From positions 44,542 to 108,541 of the forward strand of contig JAPKYK010000004.1 in NCBI GenBank assembly GCA_026394395.1: a DNA stretch of 64,000 nt. Reading direction: 5' to 3'. Made by a program: the position numbers and the translations under genes. This document shows, one piece after another, positions 57,854-64,000 of this stretch (position 1 is its first letter; every line of letters begins with the position of its first letter). Under the pieces are notes generated by a model. The model saw only the letters and a list, made by a program, of their open reading frames with translations, made no database searches and was not told the DNA's origin. This stretch comes from Methanomassiliicoccales archaeon. Its GTDB lineage: Archaea > Thermoplasmatota > Thermoplasmata > Methanomassiliicoccales > UBA472.

Positions 57854-58555
57854 ATGAGCAATGATAGGCTGAATAAGATGGATTTAATTCGAAAACATTT
57901 CTCCAGCCAGAGCGATGATTATGATCAGGATATTATCAAATGCATACCGAGCTACATCACCATGCTCGCAGCTGTAGTCGGTTCGCTGCCATTTGACGAG
58001 AGCGAGGTGTTGCATATAATCGATTTAGGAACTGGGACCGGCGCCCTGTCAAATAGGGTCATGCAGCGTTTCCCCAACTGTAAGCTCACCTGCGTGGACA
58101 TGACATGTGAGATGCTTGAGAAGGCGAAGCTCCGGTTAGTGGATAGTGCGGACATCACGTACCTGGAGAAAGACTTCTATGACCTTGAATTGCAGGAGGG
58201 CTGTGATGCGGTCGTTTCGTCCCTGGCGCTTCATCATCTAATGACCAATGATGATAAACGCTCCTTCTATGCGAAGGTGTACCGTTCCTTGCGTCCGGGA
58301 GGTGTGTTCGTCAATGCCGATGCCGTACTATCGACAGATGAATGGATCGAAGACCTTTACATGAGGAAATGGGTGGAGTTCATGCGCGTAAGCATGGATG
58401 AGGATGAAGTGAAAACGTTGCTTGAAAGGTGCAGGAGAGAAGACTCCTTTCCATGCTTGATGGACCAACTCAGGTGGCTCATAGATGCTGGATTCTCCAA
58501 GGTTGATGTGATTTGGAAAGATCACATGAGTGCCGTGGTCTGGGCGAGACGATGA
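57854..58555 (+). CDS. class I SAM-dependent methyltransferase
   Basis: IIDLGTGTGALS motif I, DAVVSSLALHHL, LRPGGVFVNAD. ATG at 57854 preferred over TTG at 57830. Confidence 0.8.
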   Translation: MSNDRLNKMDLIRKHFSSQSDDYDQDIIKCIPSYITMLAAVVGSLPFDESEVLHIIDLGTGTGALSNRVMQRFPNCKLTCVDMTCEMLEKAKLRLVDSADITYLEKDFYDLELQEGCDAVVSSLALHHLMTNDDKRSFYAKVYRSLRPGGVFVNADAVLSTDEWIEDLYMRKWVEFMRVSMDEDEVKTLLERCRREDSFPCLMDQLRWLIDAGFSKVDVIWKDHMSAVVWARR

Positions 58556-58846
58556 ATAATATGAATTGATAAAGAAAGAACAATAATGGGTTTACCTTTT
58601 TATTCCTCCGAGACAGGATTTTCGAAAAGATGGAGCAGATTCGTGTTTAGCCAGTCATTTTTCCGTATACAAATCCCCCGTTATCCACAACAACCAATAA
58701 AAACGGTAACTATTTTTTACTGTTTATTTGGCTAGTTATCACATAAAAACAGTAGAACAGTAAAACGATTACTATTTTTAATTAGTAAAAATAAGAATAA
58801 AGGGTTTATTGAAAGCGTTTCCCTCCAAGAGCGATTTGCGCTAATC

Positions 58847-59320
58847 TTACTTTTTCTCCACGACCCAGCGGCAATATGAATCTCCCTTGGTCATGAAATG
58901 CGTGGCGTGAAATTTAAAGTCGGGACTCACAACTGCAGCCATTCCTTGACATGCACATGTTAGCGACAGGCATGCCTCATAAGGAGCCTTAGAGAGTGGG
59001 CAGCCAGTGATAACTTTTACTACCTTTTTCGGTGAAGCCTCTTCTATGCGACCTTGGATGCCCATCATGCCCTCCCAAAAGTTAACTAAGGAACCCAAAG
59101 CGATAGCGTCCTTGCTTGTAATCTTGAGCTTCTTGTTTAACTCCTCTGTACTCTCCTTCCCAATCATTTCCATGGCTGGCCCATAGGCTTTCATAGCATT
59201 CTCAGAACCCATTGCATGAGTCATTGTTCCAACGGCGGCCAGCCACCATTTGACCATCGCATCACTCATAATAGCCGTAGCCTCTTGCGGGCCAACCTCA
59301 TATTTCGGTAATTCAGCCAT
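58847..59320 (-). CDS. hypothetical Cys-rich protein (possibly ATC-hydrolase-like fold)
   Basis: C-terminal GCPL....C....C.C......T.GDSYCRWVV pattern. GGAGGT Shine-Dalgarno sequence. Family call is tentative. Confidence 0.45.
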   Translation of the reverse strand: MAELPKYEVGPQEATAIMSDAMVKWWLAAVGTMTHAMGSENAMKAYGPAMEMIGKESTEELNKKLKITSKDAIALGSLVNFWEGMMGIQGRIEEASPKKVVKVITGCPLSKAPYEACLSLTCACQGMAAVVSPDFKFHATHFMTKGDSYCRWVVEKK

Positions 59321-59337
59321 TTGATCAACCTCCCCTT

Positions 59338-59475
59338 CCCATCCCTATAAAACTAGAATTTGTCGTTCCTATCAATTTATGCATAATCAAAATCATCAAA
59401 TGTCTAAGAATAAATTGTAATATTTTATTATTAATCTCTTTAAACCTCTGCTAAGATTCGTTAAACGATTTCCTT
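59338..59475. repeat. about 135-bp dispersed repeat, copy A (5' flank of the 58847-59320 gene)
   Basis: Aligns with 62516-62650. Shared blocks are CCATCCCTA.AAA, AGAATTTGTCGTTCCTATC.ATTTATGCAT.ATCAAA, AACCTCTGCTAAGATTC.TTAA.CGATTT. Confidence 0.75.
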
Positions 59476-59631
59476 ACCTTAAAAGGAGATTACAACAGCC
59501 AGTACCATGAATGACCATTTATTCCCTATTCTTACCAATTAAAAATCAGGGATAATTGAAGGTTAGACATAAAGAATAAAGGGCAATACATCCCACTATC
59601 CCAATAAAATTAACAATAATAAATTCATCAT

Positions 59632-59741
59632 ATTATTATAATATCAAATAGATTATCACAATGCCGTTATTAGAATTAAAAAAAGAATGACTGGACATGC
59701 TTCATGGCGATACCCTCCGGGCCCGCCATTAGGCATATCCA
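59632..59741 (+). repeat. about 110-bp direct repeat, copy 2 (contains exact 14-nt tRNA-Lys 3'-end core at 59713-59726)
   Basis: CCCTCCGGGCCCGC is identical to 49288-49301. It is followed by ATTAGGCATATCCA, as in copy 1. Confidence 0.75.
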
Positions 59742-59814
59742 TTCGCGTGGAATATTGGGGAAAAGTTCTGTTAGAAAAGAGGTATATACCACTACTTGAC
59801 TTTTTTTATATGAT

Positions 59815-60918
59815 ATGAGGGCCCCGGTCCCGACATCGATTTCCGTTCTTTTCGTCGTTATCTTGCTGCTCATCGGTATCTTTGGCAACCTTCCCACTTC
59901 TCAGGCGGAGGAGCCATTGGTACCCCCGCCCCAAATTCAAGAAATTCACATTTATGACTTACCTGTCGATGCCTATGGAATGAAGCTCAACGAGCAATGG
60001 GCCCTTGTCATCGATCACGGGGGCATGATGACGGACATAGGGGCCAGGAACATGACCCAGAACGGTACCTTAAACGCGGATTACGTCTTCGACATCCACT
60101 ATAACCTCGGCAATCATTCCAATTATATAGCCCAATTCATGATGATGTACGTGACGTTCGTAATAGGGAATCAGACCATGAACGTGCCATTGAGGAGCTG
60201 TGACGATATTATACTGACACGCACACCCATCCAGTATGACGGGGCTGTGCCCACGTTTTGGTGCAATATCACTTACAAGGACATCGACATCTATCCCGGC
60301 ACCTCTATCAACTCCACCTTCGACTTGACGTTGTGCCATCATTTCGTCTGCGGATGGAACGAGACGAGCGTCAAGGTGGAGGCGATATTCGGCCTGAGCA
60401 ACGTCACGTTGATCAACCCATGGAACGATACCGAGTTCGGTGCTGGCCAGCCCTACGCCGTTGAGATCCGTTATACCATGACGGTTGGTGATCCAAACGC
60501 GGCATCGATCGAGGAGAGAATAATGACCCCCACGGGTCATACAAACACCAGCCTTGAATATAACCTGACACTGGAGAACGGGCAACCCGTAACCCTATCG
60601 AAATTGACTATGAAGGACGATTTCTGGGTGTTCAATGCGAGCGGATCCTCCACATCGATCGGTTTTTCAACGATAGAATTTAGCCGAATATCTAATGTCA
60701 CCCACGGTTTCCCCAGCCTCGTCTACAAGGACGCCTTGTCGATAAAGAGCGACCCAGAGATCACGGTCTTCCATGACAACGTCAGTGCAGGCAATGATAA
60801 TGATATCAATGATACGAGCAAATCGACCGATTGGGTATCAATAATTGTGGTTGTCGGGGTCGTCGGGGCAGCGGTTGCGACCATCCTCTTTGTGAAAATA
60901 AGACAAAAGAAACGGTAA
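59815..60918 (+). CDS. secreted, C-terminally anchored surface (glyco)protein
   Basis: Signal-like N-terminus, more than 12 N-x-S/T sequons, C-terminal TM followed by RQKKR. TATA-like TTTTTTTATATGAT directly upstream. Confidence 0.6.
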   Translation: MRAPVPTSISVLFVVILLLIGIFGNLPTSQAEEPLVPPPQIQEIHIYDLPVDAYGMKLNEQWALVIDHGGMMTDIGARNMTQNGTLNADYVFDIHYNLGNHSNYIAQFMMMYVTFVIGNQTMNVPLRSCDDIILTRTPIQYDGAVPTFWCNITYKDIDIYPGTSINSTFDLTLCHHFVCGWNETSVKVEAIFGLSNVTLINPWNDTEFGAGQPYAVEIRYTMTVGDPNAASIEERIMTPTGHTNTSLEYNLTLENGQPVTLSKLTMKDDFWVFNASGSSTSIGFSTIEFSRISNVTHGFPSLVYKDALSIKSDPEITVFHDNVSAGNDNDINDTSKSTDWVSIIVVVGVVGAAVATILFVKIRQKKR

Positions 60919-61057
60919 TGTAAAGGCACACCTTTTAAAAAAATTAGCACCGAATGGATATGTATGATGATGGGCCCGATCGAGCCCGAATCTCAAAGCG
61001 TCTCGACATGCCAATACGCGCAAAGATTCATGGTCTACACTTACAATAATTTTGTAA

Positions 61058-62006
61058 ATGATGAGAATAGCTGTCGTCGGGATTGGAGCTGAAGGTGGCT
61101 TCTTCGGAGCACTTCTCGCAAATGCTGGGAACGATGTAACCCTAATCGCTAGGGGGGCAAACCCTGGATGCCCTGAGGACTAATGGCCTATTCGTCAAAT
61201 CCAACTCACTCGGAGACATCAAAATATCTGTGAAAGCAACTGATAGGCCCGCCGAAGTTGACCCCGTTGACCTAATCATGTTCTGTGTGAAGACCTACGA
61301 CCTCGACTCCGCCGCGCAGCAGATGTCACCACTTATCAGGAAAGGAACCGTCATAATCCCAGTTCAGAACGGCGTAGAGGCTGCTGACCGCATCGGGAAG
61401 ATAGTCGGATTAGAGCATCTCCTCGGAGGAGTCTCATGGGTGAGCGCCAGAGTCGAGAAACCAGGTGTTATCATACACGGAGGTTCAACGAGGCTAATAT
61501 TCGGGGAACTCGCAGGAGGCGTGACAAGGCGCACAGAAGAGATCTCCAAAGTTCTCAAAGAAGCTAATATCGTCGCCGAGCTTCACCCAAATATCCGCCA
61601 TGCATTGTGGGAGAAGATGGTCTCCAACTCAGCAGCCAGCGGGATCTTTTCATTGATTAGGCTCCCAGCAGGACCTATCAGAGATTACCCTGATTCTATG
61701 CAGCTGCTACGCGATACTATGGAGGAGAACGTCGTTGTGGCAAAGGCATGTGGGGTCGCTATACCTGAAAGATTTGTCGATGATACTATGAAGATGTTAG
61801 AGGGCTATGCGAATTGGGTAAGACCGTCTATGCTGGTCGACCTCATGGCGGGCTATCGGCTGGAACTTGACGCTACAATCGGCACCATCGTTCGACTGGG
61901 TCGAGAGAATGGAGTCGAGACTCCCATCAACTCCACTATTTACAGGGCGCTCCTACCTCATTTAAACGGGGCATCCCCAAATCCAACTCCTCCTGAAGAT
62001 GGATAA
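61058..62006 (+). pseudogene. panE: 2-dehydropantoate 2-reductase (PanE/ApbA family), frameshifted near codon 35
   Basis: The N-terminal Rossmann motif MMRIAVVGIGAEGGFFGALLANAGNDVTLIARG is in one frame and stops at 61178-61180. The rest (LDALRTNGLFVKS...VKTYD...) continues in another frame. The shift lies at or near G6 (61152-61157) or CCC (61162-61164). Confidence 0.7.
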
Positions 62007-62143
62007 TGCTGACGGACCCTCATTCCTCGTATGAATTATCGAGCAATTCTATTTTCATAGCCCGAACCTCACCGCATTCCGAATAGGTCCTCGATAAAAA
62101 AAGAAATGGTAAGAGGTTTCGGATCCAAGGAGAACCGCCCCCC

Positions 62144-62434
62144 CTAACTTGCGAGTATGTGCACAAGTGTATACAGATCCATTCCTGGAGGGAAGAATTG
62201 TAATACTGGTATCATCTCAGTGGTCATCTCTGGAACGCGCTTGTCGAGGAACTGCTTGACCTCCTCTGGCTTCTCCGTTTCATAAATGCACCAAGCGCCG
62301 GTCTGCCGTGCGTCTGTGAAGCTGTAAACAATAGCTGAACCTTTTGGGAGGTTTGGTAATGCCTCTACTATCTTTCTACCTACGACCTTAAAATTTTCTT
62401 TCTTCCAGGTGTGCAACGCCAAGAAATGTGACAT
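62144..62434 (-). CDS. small hypothetical protein (DUF3303-like pattern)
   Basis: 96 aa. HTWKKENF....G.W.IYE....EEV..F......E...E..PVLQF pattern. Tentative. Confidence 0.4.
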   Translation of the reverse strand: MSHFLALHTWKKENFKVVGRKIVEALPNLPKGSAIVYSFTDARQTGAWCIYETEKPEEVKQFLDKRVPEMTTEMIPVLQFFPPGMDLYTLVHILAS

Positions 62435-62515
62435 TTTTCACCTCAAATATTATTTTCCTCATTAAGATATTTTTACTCTCTATCTCGTCATTTTATTGCT
62501 TACATCCTCCTTTTT

Positions 62516-62650
62516 CCATCCCTAATAAATCAAGAATTTGTCGTTCCTATCTATTTATGCATCATCAAATTCGTCAATTGTCTAAAAAAATTGTAAGGGT
62601 TTTATCAATCTCTCAAAAACCTCTGCTAAGATTCATTAAGCGATTTTTCT
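62516..62650. repeat. about 135-bp dispersed repeat, copy B
   Basis: See 59338-59475. This copy lies about 80 bp upstream of the 62144-62434 gene. Confidence 0.75.
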
Positions 62651-62839
62651 TTATAATTTTTTCACTTTAGGAAATTTTGATACTCTATCCAATCAGAAAA
62701 TTGGTATCTTTTTACAAGGGCCACAGGAACGCCATTTAACAGGGAAATTCTAATGCAAAGGTCGTTGGCATATCATTAAGCCATCATTAAGGTATAAAAT
62801 TCCAGGCCCATTTCTATTGATTTGAGCCGTAACGTCAGT

Positions 62840-62848
62840 GGGGGGGGG
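62840..62848 (+). repeat. G9 homopolymer 7 nt upstream of the LRR surface-protein start codon
   Basis: The sequence reads GTGGGGGGGGGTACTATCATG. Confidence 0.9.
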
Positions 62849-62855
62849 TACTATC

Positions 62856-64000
62856 ATGGAAAAGGGGCTCGGAACATCTGTCATATCCACAATACTTGTG
62901 TTCATGCTGCTATCGGGAGCGTTCATCGTCATGGCCACGGACACCGTATCCGCGGACCAATCTGGCGACTATACCTATTCACAGAGTGGCGGTCTGGCCA
63001 CGATCACTGGATATACTGGTGCGGGCGGGGCGATCACCATCCCGGCCACATTGGACACCTATCCAGTTGTGTATATCGGGGACGAAGCGTTCATGATGAA
63101 CACCAACCTGACCTCCGTGACCATACCGAACAGCGTAACGAAAATCGGACAGTATGCGTTCGCCGATACCATACATATGACTTCCGTGACGATCGGAAGT
63201 AGCGTTTCCAACATAGGAAATGAAGCATTCTATAGCGCCGTGGCTCTGGCCTCCGTGACGATTCCAAGCAGCGTCACGATAATAGGAAACTATGTTTTCG
63301 TGTACTGTAATAATCTGACAGCGATCAACGTCGCCGTCGCCAACCCGAACTATGCTAGCGTTGATGGCGTTCTGTACAACAAAGCCGTCACCACATTGAT
63401 ACAATGCCCGTGTGCAAAGGCAGGGGATCTCACGGTCCCCGGCAGCGTGACATATATTGGAAGTAACGCGTTCCTCACCTGCAGAGCTTTGACCTCCGTG
63501 GCGATACCGAACAGCGTCACGAACATCGCGAACAATGCGTTCTCGTCCTGTACTGCCCTGACGGCGATAAACGTCGCTGCCGGCAACCCGAACTATGCCA
63601 GCGTTGATGGCGTTCTATATAACAAGGCGCTCACAACGCTGTTAAAATATCCAGGTGGTAAGACGGGGGCTTTCACCGTCCCTGACGGCGTGACCTCGGT
63701 CGATACATATGCATTCTCTACAAGCATTCACCTGACCTCCGTGACCATCTCCAACAGTGTCGTCACCATCGGGACCTATGCGTTCAGCTACTGCGTTAAC
63801 CTGACCTCCGTGATCATCGGAAGTGGTGTGACCTCTATGGATGTAGGAGCATTCCAATACTGCTCGGCCTTGACCTCCATGACAATACCGGCGGGCGTTA
63901 CGACCATCTCAGATACTGCGTTCATCTTATGTACTGCCCTGACCGCGTTCAACGTCGCCGTCGCCAACCCGAACTATGCCAGCGTTGATGGCGTTCTATA
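62856..64000 (+). CDS. BspA-type leucine-rich-repeat cell-surface/adhesin-like protein (partial, runs off window end)
   Basis: My own translation from ATG 62856: signal/TM MEKGLGTSVISTILVFMLLSGAFIVMA, then repeats of LTSVTIP.SVT.IG..AF..C..L and three NPNYASVDGVLYNK modules. No stop before 64000. Confidence 0.8.
   Translation, partial: MEKGLGTSVISTILVFMLLSGAFIVMATDTVSADQSGDYTYSQSGGLATITGYTGAGGAITIPATLDTYPVVYIGDEAFMMNTNLTSVTIPNSVTKIGQYAFADTIHMTSVTIGSSVSNIGNEAFYSAVALASVTIPSSVTIIGNYVFVYCNNLTAINVAVANPNYASVDGVLYNKAVTTLIQCPCAKAGDLTVPGSVTYIGSNAFLTCRALTSVAIPNSVTNIANNAFSSCTALTAINVAAGNPNYASVDGVLYNKALTTLLKYPGGKTGAFTVPDGVTSVDTYAFSTSIHLTSVTISNSVVTIGTYAFSYCVNLTSVIIGSGVTSMDVGAFQYCSALTSMTIPAGVTTISDTAFILCTALTAFNVAVANPNYASVDGVL

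Larger units (their letters stand above)
51506..59741 (+). mobile_element. about 8.2-kb integrated element remnant bounded by att-like direct repeats, integrase at the tRNA-proximal end
   Basis: Direct repeats at both ends carry the tRNA-Lys 3'-end core. Tyrosine recombinase gene abuts the left repeat. AT-richer than the core genome, and contains gene fragments. Confidence 0.5.

Noticed and set aside
59676-59897. 73-aa minus-strand ORF spanning the att-like repeat and the start of the surface-protein gene.
   Set aside because: It overlaps the start of the sequon-rich surface-protein CDS and runs through the repeat and tRNA-like core. No motifs are recognised. It is probably a chance ORF.
62428-62670. 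80-aa plus-strand ORF covering dispersed repeat copy B.
   Set aside because: The translation is low-complexity and I/F/L/S-rich, as expected from AT-rich non-coding DNA. The homologous copy A has no equivalent ORF.
63340-64000. Regularly spaced near-identical 40-nt repeats, which could be mistaken for a CRISPR array.
   Set aside because: They are in frame inside an open LRR coding sequence (NPNYASVDGVLYNK modules). The spacers between them are homologous to each other, and no cas genes or leader are present.
1-64000. Search for rRNA genes, additional tRNAs, CRISPR arrays, IS elements with terminal inverted repeats, and inteins in CDC48, aIF5B or PurL.
   Set aside because: Nothing was found by reading the intergenic regions. 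Protein lengths are normal for intein-free versions. Only one tRNA (Lys) folds into a cloverleaf.

Overview
This looks like an archaeal chromosome segment in two parts. Positions 1 to about 49.2 kb are GC-rich, tightly packed core genome. Marker genes there are the L7Ae-S28e-L24e-NDK-aIF5B cluster, the S6e-aIF2gamma-PIN cluster, CDC48, a pyruvate:ferredoxin oxidoreductase operon, purSLQ, gcvPA/PB, CoA biosynthesis (pantoate kinase and CoaBC), CTP-type riboflavin kinase, two geranylgeranyl reductase paralogues, ProRS, PRPP synthetase, a HerA-like ATPase, GINS and a cluster of three GT2 glycosyltransferases beside a surface-protein gene. DUF1638 and a DUF2099 (methanogenesis marker 8-like) gene suggest a Thermoplasmata or Methanomassiliicoccales-type methanogen; that placement is inference only. 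A tRNA-Lys(CUU) sits at 49227-49300. From about 50.5 kb to the window end the DNA is visibly AT-richer (judged by eye, not computed) and looks accessory. It holds a CARF/Csa3-like regulator, a short tyrosine recombinase, gene fragments, a frameshifted panE, dispersed repeats, surface and adhesin-like genes, and two extra direct copies of the tRNA-Lys 3' end. I read this as serial integration of mobile elements at tRNA-Lys. The most unusual content is ftsZ divergently paired with a CARF-like sensor-regulator inside the att-bracketed segment. No CRISPR array, rRNA or clear defence operon was seen. All family assignments come from motif and pattern recognition on the supplied translations, not from database searches.
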